Assembly: GCA_964560155.1 (NCBI GenBank)
Contig: CAZLKR010000002.1
Span: 18,811-82,810 of the forward strand
Reading direction: 5' to 3'
From: an uncultured Aquiluna sp.
GTDB taxonomy: Bacteria > Actinomycetota > Actinomycetes > Actinomycetales > Microbacteriaceae
Length of the DNA stretch: 64,000 nucleotides
Shown: piece after piece, positions 10,181 to 20,736 of the stretch
How positions within the stretch are numbered: the first letter of the stretch is position 1
How the letters are laid out: every line of letters starts with the position of its first letter
Translations under genes and position numbers: made by a program
Notes under the pieces: model-generated
What the model was told of the DNA's origin: nothing
The model's input: the letters and a program-made list of their open reading frames with translations, nothing else
Databases searched by the model: none

Positions 10181-11416
10181 ATGAAGGAAGGCCTTCCTCA
10201 GGACCCAATGATGCGTCAGCTCGTGCAAATGGCACGTGGCAAGATGCTTTCTCGTCGCGCTACCCTTTTAGGACTTGGCGGAACTGCTGCAGTTTTGTCT
10301 TTGGCATCATGCTCAAATGCGTCTGAAAGCGCACTTACTCCAGCCGAAGACCTATCCGACTCCGAGAAAGTTTTGGTTTGGCACAACTGGCCGCTATACA
10401 TGGACGGTGAAGACGACGCTTCTTACCCGACCCTGAACCGCTTCATGCAGCAGACCGGTATCACCGTCGAGTACATGATGGAAATCGACGACAACGACAC
10501 CTGGTACGCCAAGGTAAAGGACCAGCTTGCACTGGGCACCGACCCAGGATTCGACGTGGCTTGCCCGACCAACTGGTTGGTAAACCGCATGATCGGACTT
10601 GGCTACCTTCAGACGCTGGACAACGCCAACATGCCAAACAAGGTTGCAAACCTTGCTCCGGCTTACCTGGGAGACGCAAATGACCCAGAGCGAACCCTTT
10701 CGGTTCCTTACCAGGGCATCATCGGCGGAATTGTCTACAACAAGAAGATGTACAAGGAAGCAACCGGTAAGGACGCTCCAACCACGCTGGCAGATGTTTG
10801 GGCTCCAGAGCTAAAGGGCCGCGTAGGTCTAATCTCCGAGATGCGTGACTCTGTTGGTCTGACTTTGCTCAGCCAGGGAATCGACATCACCAGCGAAGAG
10901 TCGCTAACCGAGGATGCATTCAACGCAGCCGTTGAGTTCATTGCAGCTCAGGTTTCCTCAGGCCAGATCTTCAACATCAAGGGCAACTCATACGGTGAGG
11001 ACCTAACCAACGGCAACATCATCGTTGCGCTTGCTTGGTCGGGAGACACCACCATCCTCAACGCTGAGGTTGGCGAAGAGCGCTTTGGATTCGTTGTCCC
11101 AGACACCGGTTCCACCATCTCCTCTGACTCCTTCGTTGTTCCTATGGGTTCTGCCCACAAGAAGAACGCAGAAGCGCTAATCAACTACTACTACGACCCA
11201 GTGAACGCTGCTGAATTGGCTGCTTACGTGAACTACGTAACTCCAGTAGTTGGCGCCAAGGAAGAGATGCTAAAGACCGACCCAGCGTTGGCCGAGAACC
11301 CATTGATCTTCCCATCAGAGGAATTCCTTGCCAATGTTCACGCATTCCGTGCCCTAACCGGACAGGAAGAGCAGCGCTTCGCGACTGCGTGGCAGAACGT
11401 TCTGCTAGGCGCATAG
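10181..11416 (+). CDS. potD: Spermidine/putrescine ABC transporter substrate-binding protein (Tat lipoprotein)
   Basis: SRRATLLG twin-arginine and LASC lipobox; NWPLYMD, AWSGD, INYYYDP PotD/PotF-like motifs. Confidence 0.85.
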   Translation: MKEGLPQDPMMRQLVQMARGKMLSRRATLLGLGGTAAVLSLASCSNASESALTPAEDLSDSEKVLVWHNWPLYMDGEDDASYPTLNRFMQQTGITVEYMMEIDDNDTWYAKVKDQLALGTDPGFDVACPTNWLVNRMIGLGYLQTLDNANMPNKVANLAPAYLGDANDPERTLSVPYQGIIGGIVYNKKMYKEATGKDAPTTLADVWAPELKGRVGLISEMRDSVGLTLLSQGIDITSEESLTEDAFNAAVEFIAAQVSSGQIFNIKGNSYGEDLTNGNIIVALAWSGDTTILNAEVGEERFGFVVPDTGSTISSDSFVVPMGSAHKKNAEALINYYYDPVNAAELAAYVNYVTPVVGAKEEMLKTDPALAENPLIFPSEEFLANVHAFRALTGQEEQRFATAWQNVLLGA

Positions 11417-12547
11417 GTGGCAACAGAGTTCGTAGCTAGGGGACAAGACCTAGAGCTAGTCGGAATCCACAAGGAATTCCCTGGCTTTACTGCAATTGAG
11501 AACCTTGACCTAAAGATTCCAGCGGGTGAATTCTTCGCCCTGCTGGGCCCTTCTGGTTGCGGCAAGACCACGACGTTGAGAATTGTCGCTGGCCTAGAAG
11601 AGGCCACTCGCGGCAAGGTTCTAATTGGCGGTAAGGATGTTACTGGGTCTAAGCCGCACGAGCGTCCGGTAAACACCGTTTTCCAAAGCTATGCACTCTT
11701 CCCGCACATGACCATCCTGGAGAATGTGGCCTTCGGTCTGCGCCAGCGCAAGGTTCAGGATCCGCTAGCCAAGGCCACGGAGGCATTACAGCTGGTGGAG
11801 CTAGAGCACCTAGCACTTCGCAAGCCACAGCAGCTATCCGGTGGTCAGCAGCAGCGCGTAGCGCTTGCTAGAGCGCTTGTGAACCGTCCAGCACTATTGC
11901 TATTGGATGAGCCACTTGGTGCATTGGACCTAAAGCTTCGTCGTCAGATGCAGGTCGAGCTCAAGGCAATCCAAATGGAGGTTGGCCTCACCTTCTTGCA
12001 CGTTACCCATGACCAGGAAGAAGCCATGGACATGGCTGACACCGTGGCGGTAATGAACAAGGGTGAGATCGAGCAGATGGGTGCCCCAGAAGCGCTTTAC
12101 GATCGTCCAAAGACTGCTTTCGTGGCTCGCTTTTTGGGACAGTCCAACATCTTCGTTGGCGATGTGGTTGAAGAGAATGCCAACAGCATCTCAATCAGCT
12201 GCAACGGCCAGAAAATTGCCGCTCCCAAGTCCCGCTCCGAGAAGCACTCCGGCAAGGTGGCACTGGGTGTTCGCCCAGAGAAGGCAACTTTCCACGAGGA
12301 CAAGCCTGACCTAGATTCCAACCACAACTTGGTGGGTCCCGGCGAGATCATCGACATCCGCTTCACCGGTGTTTCAAACCAGTACCTAATCGACGTTCCA
12401 GGCTTTGGTGACATCACCGTTTTCGCCCAGAATGTTGGCAAGAGCCCAGTTGTTGAGCTTGGCGCTCAGGTCTGGGTGAGCTGGAAGGTTGAGCACGCTT
12501 TTGGTCTAAGTGATCTGCCACTCAAGGCAGATAACGACGAGGCGTAA
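11417..12547 (+). CDS. potA: Polyamine ABC transporter ATP-binding protein
   Basis: [41 protein letters not shown]. Confidence 0.92.
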   Translation: MATEFVARGQDLELVGIHKEFPGFTAIENLDLKIPAGEFFALLGPSGCGKTTTLRIVAGLEEATRGKVLIGGKDVTGSKPHERPVNTVFQSYALFPHMTILENVAFGLRQRKVQDPLAKATEALQLVELEHLALRKPQQLSGGQQQRVALARALVNRPALLLLDEPLGALDLKLRRQMQVELKAIQMEVGLTFLHVTHDQEEAMDMADTVAVMNKGEIEQMGAPEALYDRPKTAFVARFLGQSNIFVGDVVEENANSISISCNGQKIAAPKSRSEKHSGKVALGVRPEKATFHEDKPDLDSNHNLVGPGEIIDIRFTGVSNQYLIDVPGFGDITVFAQNVGKSPVVELGAQVWVSWKVEHAFGLSDLPLKADNDEA

Positions 12548-12552
12548 ATCTC

Positions 12553-13467
12553 GTGGCATTCGTAGCGCTCGGGCAAGGTTCTTCGGGTAAATCTGCCGCC
12601 CCAACTAAGGCTTCCAAGGTTGCCTTTATTTTGTTGGCACCGGGCATGATCTACCTGGGGTTGTTCTTCCTTACCCCTTTAGTATCACTCGTCATTACCT
12701 CGCTAAAGACCGCCTCCTTTACGGGCGAAATAGGCATGTATGACTACGCTTTCCAGGTTTCCAACTATGGCTACGCACTTGAGACATACCTGCCGCAAAT
12801 TGGCAGAAGCTTCTTCTACGCGATAATCGCCACCCTAGCGGCGCTGCTCATTAGCTACCCGATCGCCTACTTCATCGGTGTGAAGGCTAGGAACAAGCCG
12901 ATGTTGCAGGCGTTTTTACTGACCTTGGTGATTGCTCCTTTCTTCATTAGCTTCTTGCTTCGAACCTTTGCCTGGAAGCAAATCTTCTCCAATGAATCGC
13001 CGGTAACTCAGTTCCTGCAGGCAATCGGCGTCTTGGCTCCAGACCAGTACGTAATTGGTAGCAGCTTCGCTGTGATAGCAGGTCTTACCTACAACTTCAT
13101 CCCGTTCATGACGCTGCCGATCTACACATCGCTGGAGCGCTTGGACACCCGTCTGGTTGAGGCTGGTTCTGACCTTTACGCAACCCCGGCACAGACCTTC
13201 TGGAAGGTAACCTTCCCGCTATCCCTGCCTGGAGTCATCTCGGGGACCCTGCTGACTTTTATCCCAATTTCCGGTGACTATGTTTCTGCATCCCGTGACT
13301 TCCTGGGTGGCTCTGACACCGCGATGATTGGAAACGTGGTTGAGGCTAACTTCTTCCGCATTCAGGACTACCCAACCGCCTCTGCACTCTCCGTGATGCT
13401 GATGGCTGCGATCGTGGTCTTGGTTTCGGTCTACGTTCGCAAGAGTGGAACGGAGGAGCTGCTGTGA
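12553..13467 (+). CDS. potB: Polyamine ABC transporter permease
   Basis: Multiple TM helices, EAA loop LVEAGSDLYA, FWKVTFPLSLPG. Confidence 0.88.
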   Translation: MAFVALGQGSSGKSAAPTKASKVAFILLAPGMIYLGLFFLTPLVSLVITSLKTASFTGEIGMYDYAFQVSNYGYALETYLPQIGRSFFYAIIATLAALLISYPIAYFIGVKARNKPMLQAFLLTLVIAPFFISFLLRTFAWKQIFSNESPVTQFLQAIGVLAPDQYVIGSSFAVIAGLTYNFIPFMTLPIYTSLERLDTRLVEAGSDLYATPAQTFWKVTFPLSLPGVISGTLLTFIPISGDYVSASRDFLGGSDTAMIGNVVEANFFRIQDYPTASALSVMLMAAIVVLVSVYVRKSGTEELL

Positions 13468-14258
13468 GATTCTCGCTCGGTAAGTGGCTACTTCCAACCT
13501 ACGTTGGCCTGGCTTTCATCTTCATGATGATTCCAATTGGATATACCTTCGTCTTCTCCTTCAACAAGGTTGAAAAGTCCAACATCGCTTGGAAAGAGTT
13601 CACCTTCGACAACTGGCTAAACATGTGTGAGCAGCCGGTGGTTTGCGAGGCTTTTGGTAACTCCCTTTCCATTGCAGTCATCTCCACTCTGATCTCCACT
13701 GCTCTTGGCACCGCGATTGCAATTGCACTTGGGCGCTACAAGTTCAAGGGTCGTTCAATGACCAACCTGCTCTTGTTCTTGCCGATGGCAACCCCTGAGG
13801 TTGTTATGGGTGCTGGCCTTGCTGCTCAGTTCCTAAACGTTGGAATCTCAAAGGGCTTCTGGACCATCGTGGTAGCCCACGTCATGTTCACGTTGAGCTT
13901 TGTGGTTGTGACAGTAAAGGCTCGCGTTGCCACCCTGGATCCAAGACTTGAGGAAGCCGGTCGTGACCTTTACGCCAACGCTTCTTCGGTGTTCTGGAGA
14001 ATTACTTTCCCATTGCTTTTGCCTGGAATCATGGCGGCAGCCATGCTTTCCTTCGCATTGAGCTTCGATGACTTCATCATCACCCAGTTCAACTCCGGGC
14101 CTGAGACTACTTTCCCGAAGTTTGTCTACACCGCAGCAGCTCGAGGCATCCCGCCAGAGGCAAACGTAATCGGATCGCTGGTATTCATCGTGGCAATTGC
14201 CATCGTGATGGTGGTTCAGGTGCGAGCTTCTAGAAAAGCTAAGAAGCTTCGTTCCTAA
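13464..14258 (+). CDS. potC: Polyamine ABC transporter permease
   Basis: LEEAGRDLYA, FALSFDDFIIT motifs. Confidence 0.88.
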   Translation: MRFSLGKWLLPTYVGLAFIFMMIPIGYTFVFSFNKVEKSNIAWKEFTFDNWLNMCEQPVVCEAFGNSLSIAVISTLISTALGTAIAIALGRYKFKGRSMTNLLLFLPMATPEVVMGAGLAAQFLNVGISKGFWTIVVAHVMFTLSFVVVTVKARVATLDPRLEEAGRDLYANASSVFWRITFPLLLPGIMAAAMLSFALSFDDFIITQFNSGPETTFPKFVYTAAARGIPPEANVIGSLVFIVAIAIVMVVQVRASRKAKKLRS

Positions 14259-15613
14259 CGGTAAAGCGACTCAACAGCCTCACGGAAGTGAGCGTGGTGG
14301 TGAGCAACATCTGCTTCGGTAGCCGCCGGCGACATCAAAACCATGTTGTGGAATGGCGTCATCAAAATACCGCGGTTGATCGCGTGCAACTGTAGGTATT
14401 GCTGAAGCTCAAAGTCATCCGCTTCAGCGGCCTGTCGGCCATTTAGCGGGGCTTCAGACCTAAAGCTGTATTCGCCTCGGCCGCCGATGCGAGAGACCTG
14501 CCAAGGCAGTTCAAACTCGTCAATAACCGACTGCACGTTATCCACCCACAGCTTGGCCAATCGCTCCATGTGTGCGAATGCCTGTGGGGTTAGCACCTCG
14601 CCCAATGTGGCACGAACTGCCGCCATGGACAGTGCGTTTCCTGCAAGGGTGCCACCTACGCCACCTACGTCGATGGACTCTAGGTTGGTTGAGGTAGCAA
14701 TACGGGTTGCCAACTTGTCGGTGAGGCCGAATGCGCCTACCGGCACACCACCACCGATGGTCTTACCCAGTACGACTGCATCTGGATGCAGGTCATATTG
14801 CCTGGTCATTCCGCCAGGGCCTGCCGAGATGGTGTGGGTCTCATCCAAAATCCAGATCACGTCATACTTGCGGCACAGCTCCTGCATGCCCTCAAGGTAG
14901 CCAGGCTCAGGTAGCACGATTCCGATGTTGGTTAGCGCTGGTTCCATCAGCATCGCTGCAACCTCACCGGTGGCGAATGCTCGTTCAGCCGCGTCAAGGT
15001 CGTTGAAGGGGATTACAACTGTGGTTTCGCTGAGTTCAATCGGCTTTCCGATGTTGTCGTGACGCGCAACGGTGTTCCCGTTGTCGTCCATAACCGCGAA
15101 GGTCTCGTCAACGGTGCCGTGGTAGCAGTAGTCGTGGACCGCGATCTTCTGCCTGCCGGTCACATGACGCGAGTAGCGCAGGATGTGACGGTTGGCATCG
15201 GTCGCGGTAAGCGTGAACTGCCACTTTGGTAATCCAAAGCGCTCAGCCAATAGGTTTGCCGATGCAATAGCATCCTCGGTTGGGAGCATGTAGGTAGAGC
15301 CCTTGGCAATCTGCTGCTGCACTGCCTTCACGGTTGCATCAGGAGCGTGCCCACACATTGCTCCGGTGTCACCTAGGCAAAAGTCGGTGTAGTCGATGCC
15401 GTCGACATCGGTGAAGTGTGAGCCCTTGGCGTGGTCAACATAGATTGGAAATGGGCCTGGCCACTTGGACATCCAGATCATCGGGACACCCTTCACCATG
15501 GGGCCCAGAGCCTTCTGGTGGTTCTTACCCGACTGAGGGTGAGTGTCGATGTAGCGAGTGGTTTCTGCCTCAAAGAGGTTGTCTAGGCGCGCTCTGTCGC
15601 CGTAGGCATGCAC
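14255..15613 (-). CDS. Class III aminotransferase, GSA-aminomutase-like subfamily, substrate unknown
   Basis: WPGPFPIYV, DFCLGDTGAMCGH, LDETHTIS, VLGKTIGGG (PLP lysine), GGTLAGN. Confidence 0.8.
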   Translation of the reverse strand: MHAYGDRARLDNLFEAETTRYIDTHPQSGKNHQKALGPMVKGVPMIWMSKWPGPFPIYVDHAKGSHFTDVDGIDYTDFCLGDTGAMCGHAPDATVKAVQQQIAKGSTYMLPTEDAIASANLLAERFGLPKWQFTLTATDANRHILRYSRHVTGRQKIAVHDYCYHGTVDETFAVMDDNGNTVARHDNIGKPIELSETTVVIPFNDLDAAERAFATGEVAAMLMEPALTNIGIVLPEPGYLEGMQELCRKYDVIWILDETHTISAGPGGMTRQYDLHPDAVVLGKTIGGGVPVGAFGLTDKLATRIATSTNLESIDVGGVGGTLAGNALSMAAVRATLGEVLTPQAFAHMERLAKLWVDNVQSVIDEFELPWQVSRIGGRGEYSFRSEAPLNGRQAAEADDFELQQYLQLHAINRGILMTPFHNMVLMSPAATEADVAHHHAHFREAVESLYR

Positions 15614-15689
15614 GATGAATCACCTTCGATTCTTACTTATTTACGCATCGTTGAGCCCGAAGAGCTCTAAAGCCACCCTAAGGGGTGAT

Positions 15690-17015
15690 TTACAACTTTG
15701 CCAAACCAGCCGCTAGCACGTCCATGGCGTCGTGCAGTAGCTCATCGGTGATGGCTAGCGGTGGCAAGAAGCGAATCACGTTGTTGTAGGTACCGGCATT
15801 GAGAATCAGCACACCATTGGAGTGGCAGTGCTTCACAAGGGCATCTACAGCGGCCGAGTTTGGAGTCTTAGTGCCTGGCTCGACCAGCTCGATTGCGATC
15901 ATCGCACCCTTACCGCGAAGATCTCCAATGACTGGGTACTGAGCCTTCAGCTCCTGAAGTCTCGCCAGTAGAACACCTTCAATCTCAAGTGCTCGCTCTA
16001 GCCAGCCACCCTCTTCAATCTGCTCCAAAACGGCAACACCAGCAGCTGTAGCAGTAGGGGAGCCACCAAAGGTTCCACCCAGACCACCGGCGTGTGAAGC
16101 ATCCATGATCTCGGCGCGGCCAACAACACCAGAGAGCGGCATGCCGCCGGCGATGCCCTTGGCAACGGTGATTAGGTCAGGCTCAAAGCCCTCTTCCCAC
16201 TCGGATGCAAACCACTTACCGGTTCTTGCGATACCGGACTGAACCTCGTCGGCCACCATAACGATGCCATTCGCACGGCACCAAGCGGCAAGAGTTCTTA
16301 GGAATCCTGGGGCAGGAACGATAAAGCCACCCTCACCCTGAATTGGCTCGATAAAGACTGCAGCCAGCTGGCTAGCACCAACTCGCTTCTCCAAGTAGGT
16401 GATAGCACGAGTGGCAGCTTCTTCACCGGTCATGCCTTCGGCATCGCGGAATGGGTAGCTCATTGGAGCGTGGTGCACGCTACCGGCAAGTGGGCCAAAG
16501 CCGGTGCCATAAGGGTGCATCTTGAAGTTCATGCTCATGGTCAAATTCGTGCGACCGTGGTAGGCGTGGTCAAAGACCGCAATCTCGGTGCGACCGGTGG
16601 CCTTGCGGGCAATCTTCACGGCGTTCTCTACAGCCTCAGCACCTGAGTTGAAAAACGCTGCTTTCTTGGCAAAGTTTCCTGGCGCGTGCTTGGTGATTAG
16701 TTCACCAACGCGAACGTAAGGCTCGTATGGAGCGACAGTGAAAAGGGTGTGGGTTAGCTTGGCGACCTGGTTCTGCACCGCTTCAACAACGCGCTGGTTG
16801 GTGTGACCGATGGTCACCACACCGATACCGCTACCCATGTCGATCAGCTGATTGCCATCGACGTCCTTCATGATCGCACCGTGGGCGTGATCAATGAAAA
16901 CTGGAAGCGCAGTGCCAACGCCGGCAGCAATTACCTGCTTGCGACGCTCCTGCATCTGGGTTGAAATTGGACCTGGAATTGCGGTTGCGAGGATTCTCTT
17001 TTGCTCAAGGCTCAT
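15690..17015 (-). CDS. gabT: 4-aminobutyrate--2-oxoglutarate transaminase
   Basis: NSGAEAVENAVKIAR, YHGRT, EPIQGEGGF, DEVQSG, AKGIAGGMPLS, GTYNNVIRFLPPL. Confidence 0.93.
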   Translation of the reverse strand: MSLEQKRILATAIPGPISTQMQERRKQVIAAGVGTALPVFIDHAHGAIMKDVDGNQLIDMGSGIGVVTIGHTNQRVVEAVQNQVAKLTHTLFTVAPYEPYVRVGELITKHAPGNFAKKAAFFNSGAEAVENAVKIARKATGRTEIAVFDHAYHGRTNLTMSMNFKMHPYGTGFGPLAGSVHHAPMSYPFRDAEGMTGEEAATRAITYLEKRVGASQLAAVFIEPIQGEGGFIVPAPGFLRTLAAWCRANGIVMVADEVQSGIARTGKWFASEWEEGFEPDLITVAKGIAGGMPLSGVVGRAEIMDASHAGGLGGTFGGSPTATAAGVAVLEQIEEGGWLERALEIEGVLLARLQELKAQYPVIGDLRGKGAMIAIELVEPGTKTPNSAAVDALVKHCHSNGVLILNAGTYNNVIRFLPPLAITDELLHDAMDVLAAGLAKL

Positions 17016-17091
17016 GTTCCTAGTCTAATTTCTACTGGGGTTTATTGGCTGGCATTTCATAGATTTGAAAGCGAGTTCTAAGCTTTTGGTT

Positions 17092-18180
17092 ATGCGCAGA
17101 GTAATAGTCCTCGGTTCCACCGGTTCGATTGGCACCCAGGCCCTTGAGGTTATTGCTGCAAACCCGGATCGCCTGCAGCTAGTTGGACTCTCTGCCTTCG
17201 CTAATCGCGAGCTTGTCGCACAGCAGGCCAAGCAGTTTGGGCTCAGCGATTCCTCTATAGCCATTGGTGCTGACGCCGCCGCGAGTTTGGTAGAGCAATT
17301 GGATGCTGATGTTGTGGTGAATGGCATCACTGGCTCGGTTGGCTTGACGGCAACCCTGGCTACCTTGCGTTCTGGAAAGACATTGGCGCTTGCCAATAAA
17401 GAGTCTTTGATTGTCGGTGGACCGCTGGTCAAGAACCTGGCATCGCCGGGGCAGATTGTGCCGGTTGACTCGGAGCACTCTGCCCTCGCACAGTGCCTGC
17501 GTTCGGGATCGGAATCAGAGGTTGCAAAACTGATTCTTACAGCTTCTGGAGGACCGTTCCGCGGCTTTAGCAAAGAGCAATTGCGGGAGGTAACACCGGC
17601 CCAAGCGCTTAAGCACCCAACCTGGAACATGGGCAAGGTTGTTACAACTAACTCCGCCAGCCTGGTGAACAAGGGTCTTGAGCTGATTGAGGCGCATCTT
17701 TTGTTTGACATTCCTTTTGACCGCATCGAGGTGACCGTTCACCCGCAGTCTGTTGTGCACTCGATGGTTGAGTTTGTCGATGGTTCGGTAATCGCCCAGT
17801 GCTCACCGCCAGATATGAAGCTTCCAATTGCACTTGGAATGGCTTGGCCAGATCGACTCGGACATGTTAGTCAGGCCGTGGACTGGACCAAGTCTCACAA
17901 CTGGGTCTTTGAGCCACTGGATGAAGAGGTCTTCGGCTCGGTGGCGCTTGCTCGCCACGTTGGAATCGCAGGCCTTACCTACCCAGCCGTCTACAACGCA
18001 GCCAATGAGCAGGCGGTTGAGGCTTTCCACGACGGCAAGATTCGATTCACCGGCATCTTTGACGTCATCGAGGCTGTGGTTCAGCAGCACACTGCCGAAA
18101 GCGAACTTAGTCTCGAGTCGGTTCTAGCGGCCGAAGTCTGGGCTCGCGAGACTGCAGATTCGCTGATAGCAAAGCACTGA
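17092..18180 (+). CDS. dxr: 1-deoxy-D-xylulose-5-phosphate reductoisomerase
   Basis: [38 protein letters not shown]; start moved to ATG 17092. Confidence 0.97.
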   Translation: MRRVIVLGSTGSIGTQALEVIAANPDRLQLVGLSAFANRELVAQQAKQFGLSDSSIAIGADAAASLVEQLDADVVVNGITGSVGLTATLATLRSGKTLALANKESLIVGGPLVKNLASPGQIVPVDSEHSALAQCLRSGSESEVAKLILTASGGPFRGFSKEQLREVTPAQALKHPTWNMGKVVTTNSASLVNKGLELIEAHLLFDIPFDRIEVTVHPQSVVHSMVEFVDGSVIAQCSPPDMKLPIALGMAWPDRLGHVSQAVDWTKSHNWVFEPLDEEVFGSVALARHVGIAGLTYPAVYNAANEQAVEAFHDGKIRFTGIFDVIEAVVQQHTAESELSLESVLAAEVWARETADSLIAKH

Positions 18181-18211
18181 GACGGGCAATAGCGGGTAGC
18201 GTTAGAAGCAA

Positions 18212-19510
18212 ATGGACATCCTTCTTTACATCCTGGGCATAGTTGCGGTCATTCTCGGTATCGCACTGTCGATTGGGCTTCATGAGCTTGGGCACTACCT
18301 GCCGGCTAAGAAGTTTGGCGTCCGGGTAAAGCAGTTCATGGTTGGTTTTGGACCCACCGTAAAGTCTTGGAATCGCGGTGAAACCGAGTTTGGCATCAAG
18401 GCCATCCCACTTGGTGGCTACATCCTGATGACTGGAATGTTTCCGCCGGAGCGCAAGCCCTACAAGGGACTGTTCTCAAAGTGGATCAACGAGGCCAGAG
18501 CTGCTGAGCGCGAAGATGTGCAGGCGTCTGATGCAGACAGGCAGTTTTACGCCCTAGCCCCATACAAGAAATTGATCATCATGCTCGGTGGTCCTTTTAT
18601 GAACTTCCTGCTTGGAATGCTGATGATTGCGATTGCACTCAGCGGCATCGGCACCATGCAGCAGGGTCTAACCATTGACAAGGTTTACCAGTGCGTTGAC
18701 GTGGCAGCGGATGGCACCTGCCCCACCGACTCACCTAAGTCCCCAGCGGCGCTCGCAGGCATTGAGCCTGGCGACACTGTCACTGAGGTCAATGGCGAGC
18801 CGGTTGCCAGTTGGGCCGAGGTGGTTGCAGCTTTCAATGAGAATCTGGGCCAGCCATCAATGATTTTGGTTTCGAGAGCCGGGCAACCAACCGAGCTCTC
18901 GGTTACACCTGTGTTTGTCGAGCGCCCGCTCTATGCCAACGATGGCACCCCGCTTGTGAACGAGGACGGATCTCCCAAGACCGAATTCAAGCCGCTGCTG
19001 GGTGTGATGGTTGAACCTGTAAATGTGCCGCAGTCGCTTGGGGATTCCCTTAGCTATGGCCTCAATGCCACCGCTGCCACCTTTGGTTTCATCCTTACGC
19101 TTCCGCAGCAAGTCTGGGCCGTTACTGCCTCCACTTTCGGTTTGGAGGAACGCGATCCAAACGGCGCGGTCTCGATTCTTGGTGTTGGTCAATTGGCGGG
19201 TGAGCTTAGCCAGTCCGAGCTTCCGCTCAGTGCCAAGATCACCTCACTGCTGATGCTGCTTGGTGCGCTAAACCTTGCGCTATTCGCCTTCAACCTGATT
19301 CCACTATTGCCGTTAGACGGCGGCCACGTGGTGGGTGCGGTTTACGAATCACTAAAGCGCCGATTTGGCCGTGTGGTGCTCAAGAAAGACCCGGGACCCA
19401 TTGACACTGCTCGAACTTTGCCAATTGCCTATGCGGTTTGGTTGGTCTTGATTTTTGTCGGTGTGCTTTTGATTTTGGCTGACATTGTGAACCCAATCAC
19501 GCTCGGCTAG
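18212..19510 (+). CDS. M50 family intramembrane zinc metalloprotease (RseP/Rip1) with PDZ domain
   Basis: HELGH, NLIPLLPLDGG; conserved dxr-rip-ispG position. Confidence 0.93.
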   Translation: MDILLYILGIVAVILGIALSIGLHELGHYLPAKKFGVRVKQFMVGFGPTVKSWNRGETEFGIKAIPLGGYILMTGMFPPERKPYKGLFSKWINEARAAEREDVQASDADRQFYALAPYKKLIIMLGGPFMNFLLGMLMIAIALSGIGTMQQGLTIDKVYQCVDVAADGTCPTDSPKSPAALAGIEPGDTVTEVNGEPVASWAEVVAAFNENLGQPSMILVSRAGQPTELSVTPVFVERPLYANDGTPLVNEDGSPKTEFKPLLGVMVEPVNVPQSLGDSLSYGLNATAATFGFILTLPQQVWAVTASTFGLEERDPNGAVSILGVGQLAGELSQSELPLSAKITSLLMLLGALNLALFAFNLIPLLPLDGGHVVGAVYESLKRRFGRVVLKKDPGPIDTARTLPIAYAVWLVLIFVGVLLILADIVNPITLG

Positions 19511-19564
19511 GAACAAAGTAGCCCGCCGAATGTTTATGCTTTGTTGGGATAAGAAGGGATTCAA

Positions 19565-20722
19565 TTGCCTGCTGTAAATCTAGGTCTGCCTAAGTCACCA
19601 CCTCCAACTCTCGCTCCTAGGAGAAAGACCCGCCAGATCATGGTCGGCAAGGTGCCGGTTGGAAGCGAATCCCCAATCTCGGTGCAGTCGATGTGCACCA
19701 CCCCAACCACTGACATCAACGCGACCCTGCAGCAGATCGCTGAGCTAACCGCATCCGGTTGTGACATCGTGCGCGTTGCGGTCCCGAGCCAGGATGACGC
19801 AGATGTGCTTCGCATCATCGCTAAGCGCAGCCAGATTCCGGTGATCGCGGATATCCACTTCCAGCCAAAGTATGTCTTTCAGGCCATCGACGCGGGCTGC
19901 GGTGCGGTTCGAGTAAACCCGGGCAACATTCGTAAATTTGATGACCAGGTTGGAGCCATCGCAAAGGCTGCAAAAGATGCTGGAATTTCACTACGTATCG
20001 GCGTAAACGCTGGCTCATTGGACCCACGTCTTCTGGAGAAGTACGGCAAGGCCACCCCTGAGGCTCTGGTTGAATCCGCAGTGTGGGAAGCCAGCTTGTT
20101 TGAAGAGCACGACTTCCACGATTTCAAGATCTCGGTAAAGCACAACGACCCTGTGGTTATGGTCAAGGCCTACGAGATGTTGGCAGAGCGCGGCGACTGG
20201 CCACTGCACCTAGGTGTTACCGAGGCCGGCCCTGCCTTCCAAGGAACTATCAAGTCCTCAGTGGCATTTGGTGCACTTTTGGCTAAGGGCATTGGCGACA
20301 CCATTCGCGTATCACTCTCTGCCCCTCCGGTTGAGGAGATCAAGGTTGGGTCTCAGATTCTTGAGTCGCTAAACCTTCGCCCTCGCAAGCTCGAAATCGT
20401 TTCCTGTCCTTCCTGTGGCCGTGCCCAGGTGGATGTCTACACCCTTGCTAATGACGTAACCGCTGGACTGCAGCACCTAACCGTGCCAATCCGCGTTGCC
20501 GTGATGGGCTGTGTTGTAAACGGTCCTGGCGAGGCTCGCGAGGCTGACCTTGGTGTGGCTTCCGGTAACGGTAAGGGTCAGATTTTCGTCAAGGGCGAGG
20601 TAGTCAAAACCGTGCCTGAGTCGGAGATTGTTGCGACCTTGATTGAAGAGGCAAACCGCATCGCAGCCGAAATGGACCCAGCACTTGTTGGCACGGCTCA
20701 AGTAATGGTGGCCGACAAGTAG
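19565..20722 (+). CDS. ispG: (E)-4-hydroxy-3-methylbut-2-enyl-diphosphate synthase
   Basis: [42 protein letters not shown]. Confidence 0.98.
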   Translation: MPAVNLGLPKSPPPTLAPRRKTRQIMVGKVPVGSESPISVQSMCTTPTTDINATLQQIAELTASGCDIVRVAVPSQDDADVLRIIAKRSQIPVIADIHFQPKYVFQAIDAGCGAVRVNPGNIRKFDDQVGAIAKAAKDAGISLRIGVNAGSLDPRLLEKYGKATPEALVESAVWEASLFEEHDFHDFKISVKHNDPVVMVKAYEMLAERGDWPLHLGVTEAGPAFQGTIKSSVAFGALLAKGIGDTIRVSLSAPPVEEIKVGSQILESLNLRPRKLEIVSCPSCGRAQVDVYTLANDVTAGLQHLTVPIRVAVMGCVVNGPGEAREADLGVASGNGKGQIFVKGEVVKTVPESEIVATLIEEANRIAAEMDPALVGTAQVMVADK

Positions 20723-20736
20723 CTAACATTGAGCCC

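Noticed and set aside
14255-15613. Calling this gene hemL
   Set aside because: Only subfamily-level similarity; it lacks the typical HemL N-terminal PGGVNSPVRA motif and the context is amine catabolism
17025-17726. 233-aa antisense ORF over dxr, and many similar shadow ORFs in the track
   Set aside because: They lie opposite or out of frame to well-supported genes, have no motifs, and are expected from codon bias
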